Shown here piece after piece: positions 38,046-44,513 of a stretch of 64,000 nt of DNA. Position numbers and translations under genes: made by a program. Location of the stretch: positions 1 to 64,000 of IMG/VR virus record IMGVR_UViG_3300023184_003849, one strand, 5' to 3'. This stretch comes from a virus. The notes under the pieces were generated by a model that saw only the letters and a program-made list of their open reading frames with translations, was not told the DNA's origin and made no database searches. The first letter of the stretch is position 1. Every line of letters starts with the position of its first letter.

Positions 38046-38136
38046 ACCCTGGTGGCGAAATTGGCAGACGCACTTCTCTCAAAAGGAAGAAGGAAAAACA
38101 CCTAAGTTGTGAGTTCGAATCTCATCCAGGGTACCA
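38046..38136 (+). tRNA. tRNA-Leu(CAA)
   Basis: Cloverleaf, long V arm, CT-CAA-AA loop, ACCA. Confidence 0.9.
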
Positions 38137-38140
38137 TGTT

Positions 38141-38232
38141 GGAAGATAATGCAGGTGCGTTGGTGCGCCGACTGGCCTTGAAAACCAGGTTCCGAGAAAT
38201 CGGATGGGGTTCGACTCCTCTGTCTTCCGCCA
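38141..38232 (+). tRNA. tRNA-Ser(TGA)
   Basis: GGAAGAT/GTCTTCC, CT-TGA-AA, long V arm, GCCA; atypical D arm. Confidence 0.85.
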
Positions 38233-38238
38233 AGTTGT

Positions 38239-38312
38239 TCGGGAATAGTGTAATGGTAACACCACAGACTTTGACTCTGTTATTCTAGGTTCGAGCCCTA
38301 GTTCCCGTGCCA
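38239..38312 (+). tRNA. tRNA-Gln(TTG)
   Basis: ACAGA-CTTTGAC-TCTGT; GCCA. Confidence 0.92.
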
Positions 38313-38344
38313 AAACAACTGTTGTAAAAACGCAACAGCCAGCA

Positions 38345-38373
38345 TTGACCAATAATCCAGTTGATGCTACAAT
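38345..38373 (+). promoter_or_regulatory. Internal promoter
   Basis: TTGACC-N17-TACAAT. Confidence 0.7.
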
Positions 38374-38436
38374 AGAACTTAACAAAGCAACAAAGTAGAT
38401 CGCGACTGGTTGCACAAGATCTTTAAAATCAACAAA

Positions 38437-38627
38437 GAGGTTACCAGACCCGTTAGTGGCGTTGGTAGAGGTTGTGAGTGTACCGGCGGGTACACGCCTA
38501 CTACCAGTCATGAAGCCGGCTCTCCCCCTGGCGGGGTGATCCAGAAAAGCGGCGGATCGTCTGGCAGTAATGACCGTGGTGACTTGGCCTCGCAAGCCAA
38601 GCAGAACGAGATCCACAACGGTTCCTC
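38437..38627 (+). ncRNA. Unnamed structured RNA 2
   Basis: GAGG/CCTC closure; GTGTACC/GGTACAC, TGGTAG/CTACCA, CTTGGC/GCCAAG hairpins. Confidence 0.5.
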
Positions 38628-38642
38628 AATGTAAAACTACAT

Positions 38643-38718
38643 GCTCGGTTCATCTAGTGGCCCAGGATAGTGCCCTTTCACGGCATTCACACCGGTTCGA
38701 ATCCGGTACCGAGTACCA
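38643..38718 (+). tRNA. tRNA-Glu(TTC)
   Basis: GTGCC-CTTTCAC-GGCAT; ACCA. Confidence 0.92.
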
Positions 38719-38724
38719 AGGTTT

Positions 38725-38871
38725 TTATAGTCAAGCATCGATAAGGTATCGTGGCAGGACGCTGTCACTATGCGGGCCCAACCGGCCGGGAACGGGTCCT
38801 AATATAACTGCATCGGCTGTGGAACGGAAGCACCGGACTCCTAAATTGGCATTCTCGGTGCTTGACTATAA
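38725..38871 (+). ncRNA. Unnamed structured RNA 3
   Basis: 17-bp closing stem TTATAGTCAAGCATCGA/TCGGTGCTTGACTATAA. Confidence 0.6.
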
Positions 38872-38877
38872 GAATTT

Positions 38878-38952
38878 GGTCTCAAAGTGTTCATGGACGC
38901 ACACGAGCCTGTCACGCTCGAAGAAGGGGATCGTTACCCCTTGAGACCGCCA
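38878..38952 (+). tRNA. tRNA-Asp(GTC)
   Basis: CGAGC-CTGTCAC-GCTCG; GCCA; T loop ATCGTTA. Confidence 0.9.
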
Positions 38953-38957
38953 AGTTT

Positions 38958-39020
38958 GAAGCCACACCGCCTGGGCACTTCTCTCAGCAATGAGACACTA
39001 GGTCCTGCAACCGTGGCTTC
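38958..39020 (+). ncRNA. Structured element upstream of feoA-like gene
   Basis: GAAGCCAC/GTGGCTTC, CCTGG/CTAGG, CTCA-GCAA-TGAG. Confidence 0.4.
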
Positions 39021-39027
39021 TCCCTTT

Positions 39028-39294
39028 ATGGAGTTGACCGTGACTGATACATTACGAGACTTGTTGTCAGGTGCCTCAGCCATCATTGACCATGTTGCAG
39101 GCAATCACAGTTATAGCACAAGATTGCAGTCCATGGGATTTCAATCAGGACAAACTATTCGGGTTCTCAGAAGAACCGCTCATGTCATGCATGTTCGCGT
39201 GGGTAGTACTGAGTGGGCCATACGTGATCAAGATGCAGAATTAGTAAAAATTATTCCGGAAAACCCGAGCAAGGTGCATGGGCGTGACTGTTAA
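39028..39294 (+). CDS. feoA: FeoA (SH3-like) domain protein
   Basis: RLQSMGF..G..I.V.R...HVRVG...AIR; stop lies inside tRNA-Asn. Confidence 0.7.
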   Translation: MELTVTDTLRDLLSGASAIIDHVAGNHSYSTRLQSMGFQSGQTIRVLRRTAHVMHVRVGSTEWAIRDQDAELVKIIPENPSKVHGRDC

Positions 39295-39333
39295 TCACTG
39301 GTTAGAAGGGTTCGATTCCCTTATCCGGAGCCA
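39255..39333 (+). tRNA. tRNA-Asn(GTT)
   Basis: GTGA-CTGTTAA-TCAC; TCCGGA acceptor; GCCA. Confidence 0.85.
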
Positions 39334-39337
39334 AATT

Positions 39338-39412
39338 GCCTCTGTAGTATAATGGATAATACACTGGTCTACGAAGCCGGGAATTGTGGTTCAATTCCAT
39401 ACAGAGGCTCCA
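39338..39412 (+). tRNA. tRNA-Arg(ACG)
   Basis: CT-ACG-AA loop; TCCA. Confidence 0.9.
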
Positions 39413-39417
39413 TTCAT

Positions 39418-39491
39418 GCCCCTTTAGTTTAAAAGTAAAACAGACGCTTGATAAGCGTCAGTCGGAGGAGCGTTACCTCCCGGGGGTACCA
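39418..39491 (+). tRNA. tRNA-Ile(GAT)
   Basis: GACGC-TTGATAA-GCGTC; T loop AGCGTTA; ACCA. Confidence 0.82.
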
Positions 39492-39511
39492 GTTTTTAAA
39501 AGGAGAATGCG

Positions 39512-39640
39512 ATGAAACGCAAGATGACCGTCAGGCAACGTAACCCCTTCGTTGCATTGGCTATGAAAAGAAAAGCGGGTAGCCATCGAAAAACCAACAA
39601 AGAGGTTCGTCGATTAGATAAAATGCGAGGCTATAGTTAA
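39512..39640 (+). CDS. Small basic protein (42 aa), weakly ArfA-like
   Basis: AAGGAG SD; RNPFVALAMKRKAGSHRK; stop inside tRNA-Lys. Confidence 0.65.
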   Translation: MKRKMTVRQRNPFVALAMKRKAGSHRKTNKEVRRLDKMRGYS

Positions 39641-39702
39641 GCGGTTATAACATCACCCTTTTAAGGTGTAAGACCTCGGTTCGAATCCGAGTGGCCCTAC
39701 CA
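39627..39702 (+). tRNA. tRNA-Lys(TTT)
   Basis: CACC-CTTTTAA-GGTG; ACCA. Confidence 0.88.
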
Positions 39703-39806
39703 TATGAAAACACATTGTGGCGAGTTTATGAGTAGCCTGGGAACACGGCAGTAGACCCAATATGTCATAACGTTAGCCTGATATCAGCAATGTGTTTCCA
39801 TATGGT
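39699..39806 (+). ncRNA. Unnamed structured RNA 4 bridging tRNA-Lys and tRNA-His
   Basis: ACCATATG/CATATGGT and AAACACATTG/CAATGTGTTT. Confidence 0.55.
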
Positions 39807-39878
39807 GTCCATAGTTTAGTGGCAAAACCGCGGGTTGTGATTCCGCTATCATGAGTTCGATTCTCATTGGATACCCCA
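39804..39878 (+). tRNA. tRNA-His(GTG)
   Basis: G-1, TT-GTG-AT loop, C73, CCA. Confidence 0.92.
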
Positions 39879-39879
39879 A

Positions 39880-39954
39880 GGATGAGTAGCATAATGGCAG
39901 TGCGCCTCCTTCATACGGAGTAAGGTGGTAGTTCGACTCTACCTTCATCCACCA
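39880..39954 (+). tRNA. tRNA-Met(CAT), elongator
   Basis: CTCC-TTCATAC-GGAG; paired 1-72; ACCA. Confidence 0.88.
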
Positions 39955-39964
39955 AAATAGTTTT

Positions 39965-40041
39965 GCCCTGGTAACCGAATTGGTATAGGTACTGGTCTTA
40001 GAAACCAGGTTCTGAGAGTTCGAGTCTCTCCTAGGGCACCA
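39965..40041 (+). tRNA. tRNA-Leu(TAG), short variable loop
   Basis: CTGGT-CTTAGAA-ACCAG; 77 nt. Confidence 0.88.
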
Positions 40042-40051
40042 CGTAGTTTAT

Positions 40052-40125
40052 GTCTTGTAAGTGTTACGGTAGCACATCAGTCTCCAAAACTGAGGGCTGG
40101 GGTTCGACTCCCTAACGAGACGCCA
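40052..40125 (+). tRNA. tRNA-Trp(CCA)
   Basis: TCAGT-CTCCAAA-ACTGA; GCCA. Confidence 0.9.
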
Positions 40126-40130
40126 AATCG

Positions 40131-40204
40131 GGGCTGGTAGTTAAATGGGATAACGGTGGCTTTGCAAGCCTCAGTTGGGAGTTCGATTCTCCCTCGGTCC
40201 ACCA
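40131..40204 (+). tRNA. tRNA-Ala(TGC)
   Basis: G3-U70; TT-TGC-AA loop. Confidence 0.9.
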
Positions 40205-40211
40205 AAAATTC

Positions 40212-40299
40212 GGAGGTATCGCATAGCGGTCGATTGCACGGGACTGTAAATCCTGCGCCCTACGGGGCCTCGGTGGTTCAAATCCATCTACCTCCACCA
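40212..40299 (+). tRNA. tRNA-Tyr(GTA)
   Basis: CT-GTA-AA; long V arm; ACCA. Confidence 0.92.
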
Positions 40300-40302
40300 C
40301 TT

Positions 40303-40376
40303 GCCTCGTTCGTCTAATGGTAGGGCCGCGTGTTTACACCGCGCAGACGGCAGTTCGATTCTGTCACGAGGTACCA
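40303..40376 (+). tRNA. tRNA-Val(TAC)
   Basis: GCGTG-TTTACAC-CGCGC. Confidence 0.9.
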
Positions 40377-40405
40377 TTGACACACAATAGATAATTGTGT
40401 ATAAT
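40377..40405 (+). promoter_or_regulatory. Internal promoter
   Basis: TTGACA-N17-TATAAT; spacer CACAAT/ATTGTG inverted repeat. Confidence 0.85.
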
Positions 40406-40424
40406 ACATGTAAATAGAAACAAC

Positions 40425-40502
40425 GCAACGGTGGCAGAGTGGTCCAATGCATGGGATTGCAAATCCCAAAAGCCGCTGGTTCAAATCCAGCCCGTTGCTC
40501 CA
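40425..40502 (+). tRNA. tRNA-Cys(GCA)
   Basis: TGGGA-TTGCAAA-TCCCA; U73. Confidence 0.92.
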
Positions 40503-40507
40503 AACGT

Positions 40508-40757
40508 TCCAGCGTCACTGGATACTCTGGTCCCAGAGGATGAGAAGTGTGATGACACACACGGGCGGTTCTGAAGAGTCAAATCTTCACAGTAGAGATA
40601 CTGCGGTCTAGCCTCAACCGGCGTTGGCAATACGAGAACTGATCCCTGTCGAGAAGCGGGTGGAGGCCGTGTGTGATGGTATATGAGAAAGACGGCGTAA
40701 TGGCACGAAAACTTGTATGCTTGATGCGGTATAATTACCGCCGGGGGACGCAGAGCA
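40508..40757 (+). ncRNA. Unnamed pseudoknotted RNA 5 (about 250 nt)
   Basis: CTCTG-GTCCC/GGGAC-G-CAGAG, CACACACGG/CCGTGTGTG, crossing GGCGGT/ACCGCC. Confidence 0.55.
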
Positions 40758-40774
40758 TATATTAGGAGAATTAT

Positions 40775-40927
40775 ATGCCAATGTATGAAACAACTGTGAG
40801 AACACCACAAGGTGAAGAAAAGAAAAAAATCTATGCGGACACACCGCAAGAGGCTAAGAAACTTTTTGAACAACTGTACGGTGGTCCAAGAGCAGTTCCG
40901 TATATTCCACATATTATTCCAAGTTAA
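40775..40927 (+). CDS. Small hypothetical protein (50 aa)
   Basis: AGGAG SD; MPMYETTVRTPQGEEK... Confidence 0.7.
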   Translation: MPMYETTVRTPQGEEKKKIYADTPQEAKKLFEQLYGGPRAVPYIPHIIPS

Positions 40928-40931
40928 TTAC

Positions 40932-41006
40932 CGCGGGGTGGAGAAGTAGTATCTCACTAGGCTCATAACCTAGAGATCGGCGGTGCGATTCCGCCTCCCG
41001 CAACCA
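40932..41006 (+). tRNA. tRNA-fMet(CAT), initiator
   Basis: CGCGGGG start, C1:A72 mismatch, CT-CAT-AA. Confidence 0.88.
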
Positions 41007-41010
41007 ATCA

Positions 41011-41084
41011 GCCCCTATAGTTAAATGGCAGAACATCGGTTTTGTAATCCGAGGACGGGAGTTCGATTCTCTCTAGGGGCACCA
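41011..41084 (+). tRNA. tRNA-Thr(TGT)
   Basis: TT-TGT-AA loop; ACCA. Confidence 0.9.
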
Positions 41085-41107
41085 ATTTGAATAAGGAATT
41101 TTTCATT

Positions 41108-41812
41108 ATGAGATGTTTGGAAGAAATTCAAAAAGATAATTTACCAATAATTGTATTAGGGTCTTGTTTGAGTTTGCCCACTATAATCGAATCATGTGAG
41201 GCTTCTGGAAGAAAAATCATTGCAATAATTGATAATGATTATGTTGATCAAACAAACATGTATGGATTTCCAGTTTTTCAGGAATCTTGGCTTGATTCTA
41301 TAGAAACAACTCATTATGAATTTTTTATTGCTTCAGTTTGGACCCCAGGAAATCATGTTGTTACAAAACGTAGCAATAATAAAAGAGATCATTATATCAA
41401 TTTAATGCAAATTAAAAAATTAACAGGAGCAACAATAATTCATCCTAGTTGTGTGATTTCACCAAATGCATTGATCGGGAGGAATGTAAGAATTGGAGCA
41501 ATGACTGTGGTAGTTCATGGGACAGAAATCCATGATCACGTGCTGATCAAAGAACAGTGTTATATAAGTCACGACGTGAAAATTGGAAAAAATTCAGTAA
41601 TACAAATCAAAGCCTGCATCACTGGCCATGTACACATTGGAGCAAATACCTATATTGGAGTAGGCTCTACAATAATGCATCGCGTTCAATCAGCCGCCCC
41701 GACAATCATTGGTGACAATGTACTTGTTCATCCGAAATTGTTGGTCATTCAAGATTTGCCTAATGATTCTGTTGCCAGTTTGAAAAATAAAAAATATTCA
41801 AGAATCTTTTAA
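41108..41812 (+). CDS. NeuD/PglD-like hexapeptide-repeat acetyltransferase
   Basis: IIHPSCVISPNALIG, SHD, hexapeptide repeats; AT-rich. Confidence 0.8.
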   Translation: MRCLEEIQKDNLPIIVLGSCLSLPTIIESCEASGRKIIAIIDNDYVDQTNMYGFPVFQESWLDSIETTHYEFFIASVWTPGNHVVTKRSNNKRDHYINLMQIKKLTGATIIHPSCVISPNALIGRNVRIGAMTVVVHGTEIHDHVLIKEQCYISHDVKIGKNSVIQIKACITGHVHIGANTYIGVGSTIMHRVQSAAPTIIGDNVLVHPKLLVIQDLPNDSVASLKNKKYSRIF

Positions 41813-42061
41813 ATCGTTTTGCAATTTTTTTAAATGAGAGAATCTTTTCATACGATTATAAATTTTGATTACGCCACGAGCGGCATGTTCCGGAAAAAAA
41901 ATAGGAAAAATTGCATGGATAAAACTACTCAATGACAAAAATAAAAGATGACCGCTATTGGTCAAACTATGTTTTAAATGATACCAATATGTCATTCGAC
42001 TATTTTCAAGATGAATTTTTGTGCTAATCATTGTATAATATTTATTTGATTTTTTGTACAA
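41798..42061 (-). CDS. Small hypothetical membrane protein
   Basis: HLE...TYWYHL...IHAIFP; start uncertain. Confidence 0.6.
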   Translation of the reverse strand: MYKKSNKYYTMISTKIHLENSRMTYWYHLKHSLTNSGHLLFLSLSSFIHAIFPIFFPEHAARGVIKIYNRMKRFSHLKKLQNDLKDS

Positions 42062-42092
42062 TACAAAAATTAACTTTTTAATAGGAGTGTAA

Positions 42093-42341
42093 ATGCTAGA
42101 TTATATCATTACTTTTATTGCAGTATTTGCCACTGATTTGATCTACATTCTTTTTGTAAAATCAATTCAAGACAATCAGCCTTGGCGTGCCGCATGGTGG
42201 TCAATGGTTTGTACGCTCACAGCCTCAGTGGCTGTAATCAACTACACTGAAAATCACTTGGCCTTGATTCCAGCCCTGGCAGGTGCCTTCTTTGGTGCCT
42301 ATGTAGGCATGAAATACAAGAAAAAAATCATCTCCGATTAG
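42093..42341 (+). CDS. Small membrane protein
   Basis: AGGAG SD; 3 hydrophobic segments; stop inside tRNA-Pro. Confidence 0.75.
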   Translation: MLDYIITFIAVFATDLIYILFVKSIQDNQPWRAAWWSMVCTLTASVAVINYTENHLALIPALAGAFFGAYVGMKYKKKIISD

Positions 42342-42407
42342 TATAGCCTGGTAGTACCCGTGGTTTGGGACCATGAAGCGGGAGTTCAAATCTCTCATCG
42401 GAGACCA
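42332..42407 (+). tRNA. tRNA-Pro(TGG)
   Basis: CGTGG-TTTGGGA-CCATG; ACCA. Confidence 0.92.
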
Positions 42408-42577
42408 TAAGCGTTGTATCAAGCACAAACTCACGTGGAGGATTTATCAGTTGAGGATCTGGTACAAAGTCTCTGCGCACAGTAAAATACCCATGCTCTT
42501 GATAAACGCCTTCGGCAGCCACACGATACAATGCTTCAATGCCATGCTCGTTGTCATATTTCATAGACCTATTTATT

Positions 42578-42653
42578 CTGGCGTTAGTATAATGGATCAA
42601 TACAGCGGGCTTCTACCCCGCGAATGTGGGTTCGATTCCTGCACGCCGGACCA
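42578..42653 (+). tRNA. tRNA-Arg(TCT)
   Basis: GCGGG-CTTCTAC-CCCGC. Confidence 0.9.
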
Positions 42654-42676
42654 CAGTTAAATAAAAGAAAGCACTT

Positions 42677-43150
42677 ATGAAGAAGATCAATCTAGACGAA
42701 GTAAAAGCGTTTATTGAAAAGCAAACTCCAGAGACCAAAATCTACTTGGGTTGCGACTCTGAACGTCTCAAAATCAACGGTGTCTGGCATGCTGATTATG
42801 TGCTGGCCATTGTGGTTCACATCAACGGCAACAACGGTTGCAAACTGTTTGGAGAAATTCAACGTGAACGAGACTGGGATCAAAAAGCCAGCCGGCCATC
42901 TATGCGACTAATGAATGAAGTGTACAAAATCAGCGAATTGTATCTAAAACTTCATGAAGTGTTAGAGGGTAGAGATGTCGAAGTTCATTTGGACATCAAC
43001 CCCGACGAACATCACGGATCAAGTTGTGTTATCAGCCAGGCTGTGGGTTACATCAAAGGTACCTGCAATGTCATACCTTTTGTCAAGCCTGATGCTTTTG
43101 CAGCCAGTTACGCCGCAGATCGTTTCAAAGGTCTCTCAAAAGTTGCATAG
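42677..43150 (+). CDS. RNase H-like YkuK-family protein
   Basis: IYLGCDS, RLMNEV, VHLDIN, ASYAAD. Confidence 0.8.
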   Translation: MKKINLDEVKAFIEKQTPETKIYLGCDSERLKINGVWHADYVLAIVVHINGNNGCKLFGEIQRERDWDQKASRPSMRLMNEVYKISELYLKLHEVLEGRDVEVHLDINPDEHHGSSCVISQAVGYIKGTCNVIPFVKPDAFAASYAADRFKGLSKVA

Positions 43151-43157
43151 AACAACC

Positions 43158-43233
43158 GCGGATGAAGTGTTTTGGGTTACACGTCAGTCTTCCAAACTGA
43201 AATAGACGAGTTCGAATCTCGCCTTCCGCTCCA
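43158..43233 (+). tRNA. tRNA-Gly(TCC)
   Basis: TCAGT-CTTCCAA-ACTGA; U73. Confidence 0.9.
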
Positions 43234-43236
43234 GAA

Positions 43237-43265
43237 TTGACAACACACTGAGTTTGTTGTATAAT
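43237..43265 (+). promoter_or_regulatory. Internal promoter
   Basis: TTGACA-N17-TATAAT. Confidence 0.85.
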
Positions 43266-43274
43266 TACATTGAA

Positions 43275-43364
43275 GGAACGGTCCCATAATGGTATTGGAG
43301 CAGATTGCTAATCTGTCGGCTGGTTTAATCCGGCTTCGGGGTTCAAGTCCCCGTCGTTCCGCCA
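43275..43364 (+). tRNA. tRNA-Ser(GCT)
   Basis: GCAGA-TTGCTAA-TCTGT; long V arm; GCCA. Confidence 0.92.
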
Positions 43365-43370
43365 GACAAT

Positions 43371-43445
43371 GCGGCTATGGCGTAGTAGGAAACGCATGTG
43401 CTTGCCAAGCATAAGTCACGAGTTCGACCCTCGTTAGCCGCTCCA
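43371..43445 (+). tRNA. tRNA-Gly(GCC)
   Basis: TGTGC-TTGCCAA-GCATA. Confidence 0.9.
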
Positions 43446-43452
43446 GGTTGAG

Positions 43453-43637
43453 TAAAGAAAGCGTGTTAGAAACTCATTGACGATGGGCCCAACTATCAGG
43501 GACACTACGTTAATCCAGAGCCGCTGAACGGGCGAGAGCCGCGGTAGACTGCCAGTCACAGTCGTGTCATGCTTCTGGAGGGACGGGAGTGCAGAGATGT
43601 ATTCCGCACCCTTAAACACAAGATAGTGCTTTCTTTA
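43453..43637 (+). ncRNA. Unnamed structured RNA 6 (185 nt)
   Basis: TAAAGAAAGCG/TGCTTTCTTTA closure; TCCAGA/TCTGGA; GGAGTGCA-GAGA-TGTATTCC. Confidence 0.55.
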
Positions 43638-43644
43638 TTTCATT

Positions 43645-43718
43645 GCTCTTGTAGTTAAGTGGCATAACGAATCCATGGTAAGGATTAATCGACAGTTCGA
43701 TTCTGTACTAGAGCACCA
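43645..43718 (+). tRNA. tRNA-Thr(GGT)
   Basis: AATCC-ATGGTAA-GGATT. Confidence 0.88.
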
Positions 43719-43719
43719 T

Positions 43720-44421
43720 TTATTTCACAGTGGCTAGACGCAGAGTCTTGAGGATGCAGATGTACATCCAGCCTATGTCAAATTCAAACCAGCGTTGACT
43801 TAGACGAGGGCTTGCTGGGTCTAAGTGATGATTGTTGTGCAGTTCTTCCCCGCCAATCACAACGCCCCAGGGAATGATGTTTCTACTGAGGTCTCGAGTT
43901 TCGCCATTGCGATAGCCCCACCAGTGTGCTAGACCGTTGATCACACCAGCGGCCCAGAATGGAATCCATATCATCTGTATGCCCCAGATTATGGCGCCAA
44001 CCCAACCAAAGAGCCAGAGGTTGAGCACAAGGAAAATGCCAATGCCAAATCTACTGTGAGGAGTGTATATGTTGCGCTCCAGCCAATCAGCAGGAGTGCC
44101 GCGACCATATGTGCTAACCATATCTTTATCTTTTGATGCTTCATGATACAATATTGCTCCTTGAAATAACACTTGCCAGATTCCATACACATAAGGGCTA
44201 TGCGGATCACCTGCACAGTCACTGTATCTATGATGCTTGCGGTGTATGGCCACCCACTGACGTGTGATCATGCCTGTGGTGAGCCATAACCAAAATCGCA
44301 TGAAGTGTTCTATTAGGGGATGAAATGTTACAGATCGATGTGCTTGTGATCTATGCAGATACAGCGTGACGCAGGCTATGGTGATATGTGTTACTGTTAA
44401 AGTGTATAAGATTTCTGTCAT
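43720..44421 (-). CDS. Fatty acid (delta-9 type) desaturase
   Basis: HRSQAH, HRKHH and HNNHH histidine boxes. Confidence 0.93.
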   Translation of the reverse strand: MTEILYTLTVTHITIACVTLYLHRSQAHRSVTFHPLIEHFMRFWLWLTTGMITRQWVAIHRKHHRYSDCAGDPHSPYVYGIWQVLFQGAILYHEASKDKDMVSTYGRGTPADWLERNIYTPHSRFGIGIFLVLNLWLFGWVGAIIWGIQMIWIPFWAAGVINGLAHWWGYRNGETRDLSRNIIPWGVVIGGEELHNNHHLDPASPRLSQRWFEFDIGWMYICILKTLRLATVK

Positions 44422-44438
44422 TGCTTACTTATCCACAG

Positions 44439-44513
44439 CGGCCCTTAGTTCAATGGATAGAATACGTGGCTTCGAACCATGTGGTGGGAGTTCGATTCTC
44501 TCAGGGCCGGCCA
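44439..44513 (+). tRNA. tRNA-Arg(TCG)
   Basis: CGTGG-CTTCGAA-CCATG; GCCA. Confidence 0.9.

Noticed and set aside
38141-38232. Selenocysteine or opal-suppressor tRNA
   Set aside because: The anticodon is TGA (reads Ser UCA), not TCA; G73 and the long arm fit Ser.
37779-40912. ORF-track calls such as 37779-38105, 38122-38616, 38410-38634, 38570-38944, 40112-40560 and 40481-40912
   Set aside because: They overlap tRNAs or structured RNAs, lack SD sites and motifs, and look like shadow frames of GC-rich RNA genes.
42328-42600. Minus-strand ORF between tRNA-Pro and tRNA-Arg(TCT)
   Set aside because: It could be real (MKYDNEHG...), but it overlaps tRNAs antisense, has a weak SD and no motif, so it was not called.
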